64,000 nt of DNA from the NCBI GenBank assembly GCA_002269645.1, contig NIVC01000073.1, positions 744,001-808,000 of the forward strand, given 5' to 3'. The notes under the pieces are model-generated. The model saw only the letters and a program-made list of their open reading frames with translations. It had not been told where the DNA came from and searched no databases. The stretch is from Macrostomum lignano. Its lineage: Eukaryota. Each line of letters begins with the position of its first letter. Position 1 is the first letter of the stretch. Shown here one piece after another: positions 46,398 to 59,542 of this stretch. The position numbers and the translations under genes are program-made.

Positions 46398-49101
46398 CTA
46401 GCAATTTAAGCCCCCCGTTGGGGGACGCAAGAATGACGCCAAGTGGTTTTTATTTTGGCCAATGAGTAATAAACTTACTTATTATTCAAAATCCATTAAT
46501 CAAAACTTACTTTTTCTCATCTTTGGCAAAAATAAATTGCCATGAATCAAAACCTTAACCAGCCAAAGTTTCCTTCATCAGCCCAAAAGCCTTTCTCATT
46601 CAGCAAATAGTACTTATCCTTTCAAGCACAAACTCTTAGGGCATATCGTCATTGGCCTGGGCATATTCTGGTCCGCAGCAGGAGCTCAATATGCCATAAG
46701 CCTTGATAACATCTCAATAATTTCCCCAGTAAGCCTTGACATCTCAGCAATTCCCCCAGTAAACCTTGACAATTCAGCAATTCCCCCCAGTAAGCCTTGA
46801 AATCTCAGTAATTCCCCAGTAAGTCTCGAATCTCAGTAATTCTTCCAGTAAGTCTTGACATCTCAGCAATTCCTCCCAGCAAGCCTTGAAATCTCAGCAA
46901 TACCCCGAGTAAGCCTTGAAATCTCAGAAATTCCCCCAGTAAGCCTTGAAGTCTTAGCAATTCCCCCGTAAGCCTTGACAACTCAGCAATTCCTCCCAGT
47001 AAGCCTTGAAATCTCAGTAATTCCCCAGTAAGTCTCGAATCTCAGTAATTCCTCCAGTAAGTCTTGACTTCTCACAATTCCCCCCAGTAAGCCTTGACAA
47101 CTCAGCAATTCCCCCAGTAAGCCTTGAAATCTCAGTAATTCCCCCAAGTAAGCCTTCACATCTCAGTAATTCCTCCAGTAAGTCTTGACATCTCAGCAAT
47201 TCCCCAGTAAGCCTTGACATCTCAGTAATTCCCCCAGTTAGCCTTGACATCTCAGCAATTCCCCCAGTTAGCCTTGACATCTCAGCAATTCCTCCTAGTA
47301 AGCCTTGACATATCAGCAATTCCCCCCAGCAAGCCTTGAAATCTCAGCAATTCCTCCCAGTAAGCCTTGACATCTCAGCAATTCCCCCCAGCAAGCCTTG
47401 AAATCTCAGCAATTCCCCCAAATAAGCCTTAACAACTCAGCAATTCTCCCCAAGCCTTGACATCCCAGCAATTCCCCCAAATAAGCCTTGACATCTCAGC
47501 GATACCCCCAGTAAGCCTTGTCATCTCAGCAATTCCCCCAGTTGCCATGAATCAAAACCTTCACCAGCCAAAGTTTCCTTCATCAGCCCAAAAGCCTTTC
47601 TCATTCAGCAAATAGTACTTATCCTTTAAAGCACAAACTCTTAGTGCATATCGTCATTGGCCTGGGCGTATTCTGGTCCACAGCAGGAGCTCAATATGCC
47701 ATAAGCCTTGATGACATCTCATCAATTTCCCCAGTAAGGCATGACATCTCAGAAATTCCCTTAGTAAGCATTGACATCTCAGCAATTCCCCCAGTTAGCC
47801 TTGACATCTCAGTAATTCCCCCAGTAAGCCTTGACATCTCAGAATTCCCCCAGTAAGCCTTGAAATCTCGGAAATTCCCCCAATTAGCCTTGAAGTCGCA
47901 GCAATTCCCCCAGTAAGCCTTGACAACTCAGCAATTCCCCCAGTTAGCCTTGACATCTCAGTAATTCCCCCAGTTAGCCTTGACATCTCAGAATTCCCCC
48001 AGTAAGCCTTGAAATCTCGGAAATTCCCCCAATTAGCCTTGAAGTCGCAGCAATTCCCCCAGTAAGCCTTGACAACTCAGCATTTCTCCCCAGTAAGCCT
48101 TGACATCTCAGCAATTCCCCAAAGTAAGCCTTGACATCTCAGCGATTCCCCCAGTAAGCCTTGTCATCTCAGCGATTCCCCCAGTAAGCCTTGTCATCTC
48201 AGCAATTCCCCAAAGTAAGCCTTGACATCTCAGCGATTCTCCCCAGTAAGCCTTGACATCTCAGCAATTCCCCAAAGTAAGCCTTGTCATCTCAGCAATT
48301 CCCCCAGTTACTATGAATCAAAACCTTCACTCAGCAGTCTGCAGTTATCCCCTCAACTTGCACTTAATCATTCACAGTTATTATCCACTTAAACTCTGTA
48401 GATAGTTATCCCATCGGAAGTTTGCAGCTATACACTCATAAGTCTGGAGGAACTACCTCAGCAGTTTTTCGTTTTTCAACTTTTCAGTCTAAATGAATGA
48501 TCCCTTCGATATTTGATCATTCCATTTGCAGTCTACAACAATTCTCATTTATCCCCTCAGCAGTCTGCAGTTTTCCTCTTTGCTGGCTCCTCAGTATCCT
48601 CAGGAAGCTGCAATGATCCTTTCAATAATTGTACGGCTCATTATATAATCAATTTTCGATAGATATTGGCAGTCTTTTGCACATCAATGCAACGAAGATT
48701 TTGCATCGTCTGCATTTTAGCGATTAGTCCAGGCAGGTACAAGCTACGCGTAATTTATTATACGCGTATTTTATCTCCCACGTGCATACTCTGAAGCTTG
48801 CGAATATTTAATTATTTATAGCTCGCAGCATCAGCTCAAGAAGTTAAAGTTTAGTCTATGGCCATAGACGTATTATTATTTTTTGAGCTCTCACTGCGAG
48901 AAAAATGCACTAATTAGATAGGGAAAATACAGTTTTTTGAATATTTAAGACCTTTAGAATTGAAGCAGATAAAAGAAATGTTAACCATACAATCCTTGGC
49001 TGAGTTTAAATTTTTTGGTGAAAACGCGATCAAAATTGGTCAAGAATTGCAATGTGTAGAGCGTTTTACACGGACATAGATTAGAGATTTAGTATATAAG
49101 A
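46398..49101 (-). mobile_element. Non-autonomous Helitron carrying a 30-bp minisatellite
   Basis: 5' TCTTATATACTAAATC at 49101; 3' CCCCC-AAC-GGGGG hairpin plus CTAG at 46398; internal (CCCCCAGTAAGCCTTGACATCTCAGCAATT)n. Confidence 0.8.
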
Positions 49102-52100
49102 CTAGCAATTTAAGCCCCCCGTTGGGGGACGCAAGAATGACGCCAAATGGTTTTTATTTTGGCCTATGAGTAATAACCTTACCCCCAGTAAGCCTTGACA
49201 TCTCAGTGATTCCCCCAGTAAGCCTTGACATCTCAGCAATTCCCCCAAATAAGCCTTAACAACTCAGCAATTCTCCCCAAGCCTTGACATCCCAGCAATT
49301 CCCCCAAATAAGCCTTGACAATTCAACAATTCCCCAGTAGGCCTTGACAACTCAACAATTCTTCCAGTTGCCATGAATCAAAACCTTCACCAGCCAAAGT
49401 TTCCTTCATCAGCCCAAAAGCCTTTCTCATTCAGCAAATAGTACTTATCCTTTCAAGCACAAACTCTTAGTGCATATCGTCATTGGCCTGGGCGTATTCT
49501 GGTCCACACCAGGAGCTCAATATGCCATAAGCCTTGATGACATCTCATTAATTTCCCCAGTAAGCCATGACATCTCAGAAATTCCCTTAGTAGGCCTTGA
49601 CAACTCAGCAATTCCCCCAAGTAAGCTTTGACATCTCAGAAATTCTTTTAGTAGGCCTTGACATCTCAGCAATTCCCTTAGTAAGCGTTGATATCTCAGA
49701 AATTCCATTAGTAAGCCTTGAAATATTAGCAATTCCCCCAGTAAGCCTTGAAGTCTCAGCAATTCCCCCAGTAAGCCTTGGAATCTCAGCGATTCCCCCA
49801 GTAATCCTTGACAACTCAGCAATTCCCCCAGTTGCCATAAATCAAAACCTTCACCAGCCAAAGTTTCCTTCAAAACCCTTCCAAAACCCTTTCTCAATCA
49901 GCAAATAGTACTTATCCTTTCAAGCACAAACTCTTTGGGCATATCGTCATTGGCCTGGGCATATTCTGGTCCGCAGCAGGAGCTCAATATGCCATAAGCC
50001 TTGATGACATCTCATTAATTTCCCCAGTAAGCCTTGACATCTCAGCAATTCCCCAGTAAACCTTGACAATTCAGCAATTCCCCAGTAAGTCTCGAATCTC
50101 AGTAATTCTTCCAGTAAGTCTCGAATCTCAGTAATTCCCCAGTAAGTCTCGAATCTCAGTAATTCCTCCAGTAAGTCTTGAAGTCTAAGCAATTCCCCCA
50201 GTAAGCCTTGACATCTCAGCAATTCCTCCTAGTAAGCCTTGAAATCTCAGCAATTCCCCCCAGCAAGCCTTGACATCTCAGCAATTCCCCCCAGCAAGCC
50301 TTGAAATCTCAGCAATTCCCCGAGTAAGCCTTGAAATCTCAGAAATTCCCCAGTAAGCCTTGAAGTCTCAGCGATTTCCCCAAGTAAGCCTTGACATCTC
50401 AGTGATTCCCCCAGTAAGCCTTGAAATCTCAGCAATACCCTCAGTAAGCCTTGACATCTCAGTAATTCCCCCCCAGTAAGCCTTGACATCTCAGCAATTC
50501 CTCCTAGTAAGCCTTGACATCTCAGCAATTCCCCCCAGCAAGCCTTGAAATCTCAGCAATTCCCCGATTAAGCCTTGAAATCTCAGCAATTCCCCCAGTA
50601 AGCCTTGACAACTCAGCACTTCCCCCCAGTAAGCGTTGACATTTCGGCAATTCCCCCAGTTAGCCTTGACATCTCAGCAATTCCCCAGTAAGCCTTGACA
50701 TCTCAGTAATTCCCCCAGTTAGCCTTGACATCTCAGCTATTCCCCCAGTTAGCCTTGACAGTTCAGTAATTCCCCCAGTTAGCCTTGACATCTCAGTAAT
50801 TCCCCCAGTTAGTTTTGACATCTCAGAATTCCCCCAGTAAGCCTTGAAATCTCGGAAATTCCCCCAATTAGCCTTGAAGTCGCAGCAATTCCCCCAAGTA
50901 AGCCTTGACATCTCAGCAATTCCTCCTAGTAAGCCTTGACATCTCAGCAATTCCCCCCAGCAAGCCTTGAAATCTCAGCAATTCCCCGAGTAAGCCTTGA
51001 CATCTCAGCAATTCCCCGCAGCAAGCCTTGAAGTCGCAGCAATTCCCCCAAGTAAGCCTTGACATCTCAGCAATTCCTCCTAGTAAGCCTTGACATCTCA
51101 GCAATTCCCCCCAGCAAGCCTTGAAATCTCAGCAATTCCCCGAGTAAGCCTTGACATCCCAGCAATTCCCCCCAGCAAGCCTTGAAATCTCAGCAATTCC
51201 CCCAAATAAGCCTTAACAACTCAGCAATTCTCCCCAAGCCTTGACATCCCAGCAATTCCCCCAGTAAGCCTTGACATCTCAGCAATCCCCCAGTAAGCCT
51301 TGAAATCTCAGAAATTCCCCCAGTAAGCCTTGAAGTCGCAGCAATTCCCCCAGTAAGCCTTGACAACTCAGCACTTCCCCCCAGTAAGCGTTGACATTTC
51401 AGAAATTCCCCCAGTTAGCCTTGACATCTCAGCAATTCCCCCAGTTAGCCTTGACATCTCAGCAATTCCCCCAGTTAGCCTTGACATCTCAGTAATTCCC
51501 CCAGTTAGCCTTGACATCTCAGAATTCCCCCAGTAAGCCTTGAAATCTCGGAAATTCCCCCAGTAAGCCTTGTCATCTCAGCAATTCCCCCAGTTACCAT
51601 GAATCAAAACCTTCACTAAGCAGTCTGCAGTTATCCCCTCAACAAGTTGCACTCAATCATTCACAGTTATTATCCACTTAAACTCTGTAGATAGTTATCC
51701 CGGAAGTTTGCACCTATACACTCATAAGTCTGGAGGAACTACCTCAGCAGTTTTTCGTTTTTCAACTTTGCAGTCTAAATGAATGATCCCTTTGACAATC
51801 TGCAGTTCTCCTCAGCAACCTGTGGTCATTCCATTTGCAGTCTACAACAATTCTCATTCTCAGCAGTCTGCAGTTTTCCTCTTTGCTGGCCCCTCAGTAT
51901 TCTCAGGAAGCTACAGTGATGCTTTCAATAATGTAGAAATTTACTCAGCATTGTACGGCTCACTATATAATCAATTTTCGATAGATATTGGCAGTCTTTT
52001 GCACATCAATGCAACGAAGATTTTGCATCGTCTGCAATTTAGCGATTAGTCCAGGCAGGTACAAGCTACAAATAAATGAAAATTTTATTTCATTTTATCT

Positions 52101-52442
52101 TATCTCCTACGTGCATAAACTGAAGCTTGCGAATATTTAATTATTTATAGCTCGCAGCATCAGCTCAAGAAGTTAAAGTTTAGTCTATGGCCATAGACGT
52201 ATTATTATTTTTCGAGCTCTCACTGCGAGAAAAATACACTAATTAGATAGGGAAAATACAGTTTTTTGAATATTTAAGACCTTTAGAATTGAAGCAGATA
52301 AAAGAAATGTTAACCATACAATCCTTGGTTGAGTAGCAACTGTTTGGTGAAAACGCGATCGAAATTGGTCAAGAATTGCAGTCTGTAGAGCGTTTTACAC
52401 GGACAGACAGACAGACATAGATTAGAGATTTAGTATATAAGA
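49102..52442 (-). mobile_element. Non-autonomous Helitron carrying a 30-bp minisatellite (largest unit)
   Basis: 5' TCTTATATAC..(GTCT)n at 52442; 3' hairpin plus CTAG at 49102. Confidence 0.8.
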
Positions 52443-52795
52443 CTAGCTAATTAGAGCTGGCTGCCAGCAGCCAGAATAATTTTTTATTGCCCCCCTTTAA
52501 GTGGGGTCCAGTGAGTTTTCTTATCAGTTGGCTCTGGCGCAATCAATTAAGATTGACTGTGAAGTTTCTCGCTGATAAAATTTGCATTGAATTCGCCCAT
52601 TTAAAACTGTTTTTTCGAATATTTAATCCCCTTAGCATTGAAGCAGATACAAGAAATTTTAACCATACAATCCCAGGCTGATTACAAATCTTTTGACGAA
52701 AACGCGATGAAAATCGGTGAAGAATTGCAATCTGTAGAGCGTTATGGACAAGCAAGCAAGCATACAAATATTAGAGATTTAGTATATTTAGAAGA
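52443..52795 (-). mobile_element. 353-bp Helitron with a different 3' hairpin
   Basis: 5' TCTTCTAAATATACTAAATC..(GCTT)n; 3' CTGGCTG-CTGG-CAGCCAG hairpin plus CTAG. Confidence 0.72.
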
Positions 52796-54455
52796 CTAGC
52801 AATTTAAGCCCCCCGTTGGCAAAAATGACGCCAAGTGGTTTTTATTTTGGCCAATGAGTAATAACCTTACTTATTATTCAAAATCCAATCAAAACTTACT
52901 TTTTCAAATTTTTGGCAAAAATAAATTGCCATGAATCAAAACCTTCACCAGCCAAAGTTTCCTTCATCAGCCCAAAACCCTTTCTCATTCAGCAAATAGT
53001 ACTTATCCTTTCAAGCACAAACTCTTAGGGCATATCGTCATTGGCCTGGGCATATTCTGGTCCGCAGCAGGAGCTCAATATGCCATAAGCCTTGATAACA
53101 TCTCAATAATTTCCCCAGTAAGCCTTGACATCTCAGCAATTCCTCTCAGTAAGCCTTGACAATTCAGCAATTCCCCCAGTAAACCTTGACAATTCAGCAA
53201 TTCCCCCAGTAAGCCTTGACATCTCAGCAATTCCCCCCAGTAAGCCTTGAAATCTCAGTAACTCCCCAGTAAGTCTCTAATCTCAGATATTCTTCCAGTA
53301 AGTCTTGAAGTCTAAGCAATTTCCCCAGTAAGCCTTGACATCTCAGCAATTCATCCAAGAAAGCCTTGAAATCTCAGCAATTCCCCCAGTAAGCCTTGAA
53401 GTCTCAGTAATTCCCCAGTAAGTCTCGAATCTCAGTAATTCCTCCAGTAAGTCTTGACTTCTCACAATTCCCCCAGTAAGCCTTGACATCTCAGCAATTC
53501 CCCCAGTAAACCTTGAAATCTCAGAAATTCCCCCAGTAAGCCTTGAAGTCTCAGCAATTCCCCCAGTAAGCCTTGACAACTCAGCAATTCCCCCAGTAAA
53601 CCTTGAAATCTCAGAAATTCCCCCAGTAAGCCTTCACATCTCAGCAATTCCTCCAGTAAGCCTTGACAACTCAGCAATTCCCCCAGTAAACCTTCACATC
53701 TCAGCAATTCCCCCAGTAAGCCTTGACAACTCAGCAATTCCCCCAGTAAACCTTGAAATCTCAGAAATTCCCCCAGTAAGCCTTGAAGTCTCATCAATTC
53801 CCCCAGTAAACCTTGAAATCTCAGAAATTCCCCCAGTAAGCCTTTAAGAAAGAAAGAAAACAACAATTCTCATTTATCCCCTCAGCAGTCTGCAGTTTTC
53901 CTCTTTGCTGGCCCCTCAGTGTCCTCAGGAAGCTACAGTGATGCTTTCAATAATGTAGAAATTTACTCAGCATTGTACGGCTCACTATATAATCAATTTT
54001 TGATAGATATTGGCAGTCTTTAGCACATCAATACAACAAAGATTTTGTATCGTCTGCATTTTAGCGATTTGTCCAGGAACAAGCTACAAATAAATGAAAA
54101 TTAATTTAATATATTTTTATCTCCCACGTGCATAAACTGAAGCTTGCGAATATTTAATTATTTATAGCTCGTAGCATCAGCTCAAGAAATTAAATTTTAG
54201 TCTATGGCCATAGACATATTATTATTTTTCGAGCTCTCACTGCGAGAAAAATACACTAATTAGATAGGGAAAATACAGTTTTTTTAATATTTAAGACCTT
54301 TAGCATTGAAGCAGATAAAAGAAATTTTGAACCATACAATCCTTGGCTAAGTTGCAATTTTTTGGTGAAAACGCGATCGAAATTGGTCAAGAATTGCAGT
54401 CTGTAGAGCGTTTTACACGGACAGACATAGATTAGAGATTTAGTATATAAGAAGA
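52796..54455 (-). mobile_element. Non-autonomous Helitron carrying a 30-bp minisatellite
   Basis: 5' TCTTCTTATATAC at 54455; 3' CTAG at 52796 with a partly deleted hairpin. Confidence 0.78.
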
Positions 54456-55961
54456 CTAGCAATTTAAGCCCCCCGTTGGGGGGCGCAAGAATGACGCCAA
54501 GTGGTTTTTATTTTGGCCAATGAGTAAAAACCTTACTTATTATTCAAAATCCATTAATCAAAACTTACTTTTTCTCATTTTTGGCAATAATAAATTGCCA
54601 TGAATCAAAACCTTCACCAGCCAAAGTTTCCTTCATCAGCCCAAAAGCCTTTCTCATTCAGCAAATAGTACTTATCCTTTCAAGCACAAACTCTTAGGGC
54701 ATATCGTCATTGGCCTGGGCATATTCTGGTCCGCAGCAGGAGCTCAATATGCCATAAGCCTTGATGACATCTCAATAATTTCCCCAGTAAGCCTTGACAT
54801 CTCAGTAATTCCCCCAGTAAACCTTGACAATTCAGCAATTCCCCCAGTAAGCCTTGAAATCTCAGTAATTCCTCCAGTAAGTCTTGACTTCTCACAATTC
54901 CCCCAGTAGGCCTTGAAAACTCAGCAATTCCCCCAAGTAAGCCTTGACATCTCAGTAATTCCCCCATTAAGCCTTGAAAACTCAGCAATTCCACCCAGTA
55001 AGCCTTGAAATCTCAGTAATTCCTCCAGTAAGTCTTGACTTCTCACAATTCCCCCAGTAGGCCTTGACACTGTCCACGCTGTCCACTGAGCGATACTCTC
55101 GCAGTTATACAGATTCACCGCGCCGACAATCAGCCTGTCTCTGCCGCTGCTCTTCCAGACGGGTAATCCGCTCAGCCTCGTCCTCAGCAGCGCGACAATC
55201 AGCCTGTCTCTGCCGCTGTTCCTCCAGACGGGCAATCCGCTCAGCCTCGTCTTCAGCAACGCGACACTCAGCCTGTCTCTGCCGCTGTTCCTCCAGACGG
55301 GCAATCCGCTCAGCCTCGTCTTCAGCAACGCGACATTCAGCCTGTCTCTGCCGCTGTTCCTCCAGACGGGCAAACCGCTCAGCCTCGTCTTCAGCAACGC
55401 GACATTCAGCCTGTCTCTGCCGCTGTTCCTCCAGACGGGCAAACCGCTCAGCCTCGTCTTCAACAGCGCGGCGCTCGGCGTCTCGCCGCCGCTGCTCTTC
55501 CAGACGGGCATCGCGCTCTCCAGCAGACTCGGCCAGTCGTCTTTTCTTTGCGTCACGGCTTCTCTTCAAATGGCTTGCGCCACGGCGCACTATCATACAG
55601 TGGGGCTAAATAGATAAAGCACTATTAGAGGGTTCAAAAACCAAAGAAAAGAAAGAAAGAAAGGAAGCAGTGGGCTACATAAAAACCAAGCAGCCTACAG
55701 CTATTAGCATTATAATCTATGGCCAAAACCGTTTGCAAGCTCTCACTGCCGAAAAAATACATTAGCGAGATGGGCAAAAACCTGTTTTCTGACAATTGAG
55801 AGGCCTCTTTAATTTGGATAGCTTATTAAAAATACGTGTACCGATTCCGGACAATTTGCCATCTAATGGTGCAAAAACGGAGAAAATCGGTCATTCCGTT
55901 CGCAAGATTTTCTGTTACAAGCAAACAAACAAACAAACAAACTCAACTTTAGTATATAAGA
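54456..55961 (-). mobile_element. Chimeric Helitron: 5' end and STPR coding fragment fused to a satellite-type 3' half
   Basis: 5' TCTTATATACTAAAG..(GTTT)n at 55961; 3' hairpin plus CTAG at 54456; STPR ORF abuts the 30-bp satellite at about 55065. Confidence 0.75.
55105..55596 (-). pseudogene. STPR-like 23-aa repeat fragment, typical of Helitron RepHel N-termini
   Basis: Tandem 69-bp units encoding RLEEQRQRQAECRVAEDEAERIA (23 aa), truncated by the satellite. Confidence 0.7.
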
Positions 55962-57175
55962 CTAGCGAATTTGCCCCCCCTTCGGGGGGAGACTGTACAG
56001 TTCTCTTTGGATTAGACGCAATCTTCCATTGGATTTTTAAGGCCTAAATTAACAATCAAATAAAACCGACGTCCATTTTGTACTCAAAAGTATGCTGATA
56101 TACAGAACAAGTAAGAAAAGCATCCGACCATGGACATGTTGAAGTTATTGCGGGCAAACTTATCACTTTTTATTTCAGAGACTCGCTTTTAATTATTACT
56201 TTTAGCATGTGGCATAAGGTTACAATTGTATTTTTGCGGGTGAATTTAGTTAGTTAGTATAGTTTAGTTAGTTGGGTTAGTTCGATTTATTCGATTAAAA
56301 ATTCTGGAACAAATTTAAGTAGTAGTTAATTTGCTTGAAAGTTTGAGAACAAAAGTTTGATCTAGCAAATTGAAATTTTCAGCAGCATTGAATCTTAACG
56401 TAATCGACAACGATTAACTTAAACAGCAACCTAAAATTACTTGCAGCATATCCTAAATAATTATTTAACCATAAAATATCCTCGGTTACTTGGGGTTGTA
56501 GCAGATTCCCGTATTTTTCAGGGAGTTTCCCGTAAGCTTTCCATCTTTCATAGGAATTCGTTACAAATGTTCAACAGGCCGACGTACTAAAATGGAAAGT
56601 GTATTAATGTGTTCTTCAAGTACAAACTATTAAAAAGTCAAATCATACCCGTTAATATACATTTGTATATATAAGTACCCGTTGCGCTCCACAGCGGATA
56701 ACAACTCGACGCATCCGGTCGATATGCGGCTGCATCGACGCTGGGAATTCAAATGCAAGCACGTCGTCAGCTGCGGTGTCAGTAATCGATTGACACCATC
56801 AGCCAGCTTTAAATGAAAGTGCCAGCCGTCCTCGCCATTCGGGAAGAGTAGCACGTACTCAAGTGGATCATATGACCTATGAACTTCAGAAATCCTTTGC
56901 TTTTTGCCACCACGAAGATTGACTACAATGTCCCCATGAGTTGAAGCACCGTCCAATTCGCTTCCTACAATGAGGATACCAACTTCGTTTGCCGTTGGCA
57001 GGTTATACCGTCGAAGGTGTTCTCCATCGGGCCGACGGTCAGGTCTAATAACAATTTTGGCTTCACCCAGATTCGGATCATCTCGAATGCGCTCGTACGT
57101 TGCCTTGAGACTGCGAGCATAATTGTTCGTTTCATGAAGTAGTGTCTGTAAAATCTGCAACAGCTCTGGTTTCAA
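55962..57175 (-). mobile_element. Internally deleted Helitron with a RepHel remnant; 5' side interrupted
   Basis: 3' CCCCCC-GAA-GGGGGG hairpin plus CTAG at 55962; contains the RepHel fragment. Confidence 0.75.
56630..57175 (-). pseudogene. Helitron RepHel fragment (region preceding the Rep domain)
   Basis: RRYNLPTANEVGILIVG...DIVVNLRGG..QRISEVHRSYDPLEYVLLFPNGEDGWH, a motif characteristic of RepHel proteins. Confidence 0.88.
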
Positions 57176-57182
57176 GCCTCGA

Positions 57183-58497
57183 TGCTCGATAAAGAGTATT
57201 ACATGTATTCTTCTCTTTTATTTTAATCGCTAATGCTTGAGAGCAACAGAAGCCATAGTCTATGGTCATATCATAACACCGGGGTTTGTAATCATAACAC
57301 CGAGTGACCCATCTAGGCAAAATAGAATCTGTGGCGGGTGTGGCTCATCTAGGCAATATAGAATCTGTTTTGCACCATGGACTATCGATGAAGCTGATGT
57401 GTCAGTGTTGTTAGGAATCGTGGCTCGTGAACACCCACGAAAGCGCACGGTGTCAATCTGTGCACCAACACGGTGCATTCGGTCATCCAAAGAGGTGGAC
57501 AAACGAAGCAAAGATTTCAGGGCACCTAGCAAACTACCACCACCGTAACGTGGAGATCCCAGAGAGCCATTGAGTTTTAAAGTTGATCTTTTGTCAATTT
57601 TGATGCTTTCTATTTGTGATTGTGACTTGAACTATGCTTCATTAATGTCTGAATTTCAATTTTGTCTTCAATTTTGTTTAATCGTCCATTTAGCATGCCA
57701 AATCGAATTGTCTATGGCCTTGCTTTCTCGATTTCATTCAATCGTTAGGCCATAGAACTCTATGGGCCGTTCCGTTTGGCATGCCCACTGTTCCACTTAG
57801 CACGACAAAAGTTATACTACTTAACAAGCATGGCTACAAAATGTCAAGTAATGTCAGCTAAACCAATAATCGAGTATGCAAACATAAACAGTGGCGAAAT
57901 AACCATAAAGATAAAGCTTATAGAAATTGGCTTTACTTTATGGCCTTGTTTTGGCATTCAATCTGATAAAAGGCGATTTCAATCCTCTGAGTTACACTAA
58001 GTGGAAAAGTGAGTCCTAATCCTAGGGAATTCGGTAAAAAGGTTAAATTTCCTCTTGTTTCCTTGATTCCCGTAGCCGAGGTGCAGGAACCGGTGCACAG
58101 CAACCGTTGTATCGTCAGTCTGATCGTAGTTCCACCCGTTGGCAACCAGCTGAGAGCAGCCCATGGCCTCCCATTTTCTCCTGCCCTCCAGCTTGGCATC
58201 CGGCTTTCTCTTCGAGACTGAAATGAGTTGCGTTTATTGCTCGAATTAAAACATTGAAAGCTTCGTACAGGTGAAGACAAAAATTACATGAAAATACGCT
58301 CGAGACAGAATGAGTCTTGATCCCAACTGCGCTAGCACTCTTTAGAGTCCCTAGAATCTGTTACACTTGAGACTGAGGCAATTTATGCACAAAGCAACAT
58401 AAAGCTGAGGAAGAGAAGCTCTCCTCAAAAGCAGTAGAAAGATGAATGACGCTATCAACGTTGACTTTTTCATTTTTTGGACGCGTTTCGGCTGCAC
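57183..58497. mobile_element. 36-bp-VNTR element, copy B (only about 1.5 VNTR units)
   Basis: Colinear with 36791-38750. Confidence 0.7.
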
Positions 58498-58981
58498 ATT
58501 ATCTAGCAATTTGAAGACCATTAACACGCATCCCACGCGCGTGTTATTGTCACAAAAAATGCATAGCAATACATTGTCCATAAGACACAGCCTGGCGTAA
58601 TGACAAACTCAACTGGCCATTAGTTCAGCTTTAGCAGGCGTTTGAACCATAGACGATTAGTTAACCTTGCATTTATTAACTGACATAAGGGAATAATGTT
58701 CGCAAACATGCAGTCTACATGCCATTCTGGAATACATTGAAAAAAGGATAGTCAAGACATTTTAGCCACCAAACAATGGAAAACGCGCACATTAAGCACA
58801 AAAACAACACAGTAGTCAGAATGTTCATCAGAAGTTGCTCATTAAAACTGAAACGTGCAATCCTTGAAGTGGAAGTTCTCGAAAAAGCGAACTGCGCGTT
58901 CCGAATCCATCCGACCTGCAGCAGATTATTGAACATTGTAAAAAATTCACAGTTCCTATGTAACCAATAGTATAGCCACTA

Positions 58982-59542
58982 AGGGGGTGTCAACTTAAGC
59001 GCTAGAATGGAGCCCAAAGCAAGGCCAAAGAAAGACCAAACCGACTGGAATCGATAACTGGTCGGACCAGGTAACTAGAATCGCCGAGACATCCCATCCG
59101 AGTCCCTTCCTTGGGGTCCCAGGGGATAAAGGGGATAAAATTGGGATCTCATGTCAACTTAAGACTCTAGAATGGATCCCGAAGCAAGGCTCCAGACCAA
59201 ACCGACCTGTATCGATAACTGGTCGGACCAGGTAACTAGAATCGCCGAGACATCCGCTGTGCCACTATGTTCTGCTATGTGGTTGAGTGCTGCTTTGCTG
59301 CCATCAAGCAGGACAAATGTGTTAACGAGAGGCACGAACCGTATCAGTGACTGCAGTCAGCCGGCTTCAGCGAGCGCAGCCGATTAGACGTTGTTATCAA
59401 GAACTCGATGGCAAAGTACAACCGGGCGCATCCAGGTTTTGAATCATTTAAACAGCTGCCACCGTCATGGTTATCGATTCCAGTCGGTTTGGTCTGGAGC
59501 CTTGCTTTGGGCTCCATTCTAGCGCTTAAGTTGACACTCCCT
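58982..59542. mobile_element. MITE with long TIRs (PIF/Harbinger-like ends) and an internal ~90-bp duplication
   Basis: AGGG(G/A)GTGTCAACTTAAGCGCTAGAATGGAGCCCAAAGCAAGG and its inverse at about 59500-59542; TA-rich 3-nt flanks. Confidence 0.65.

Noticed and set aside
47014-54994. Many ORFs of MSRLTGGIAE / ELLRCQGLLG type, superficially LRR- or collagen-like
   Set aside because: Translations of the 30-bp satellite, broken by frequent 1-bp indels.
58715-58970. Short overlapping ORFs
   Set aside because: Under 75 aa, with no motifs and no splice-consistent partners.
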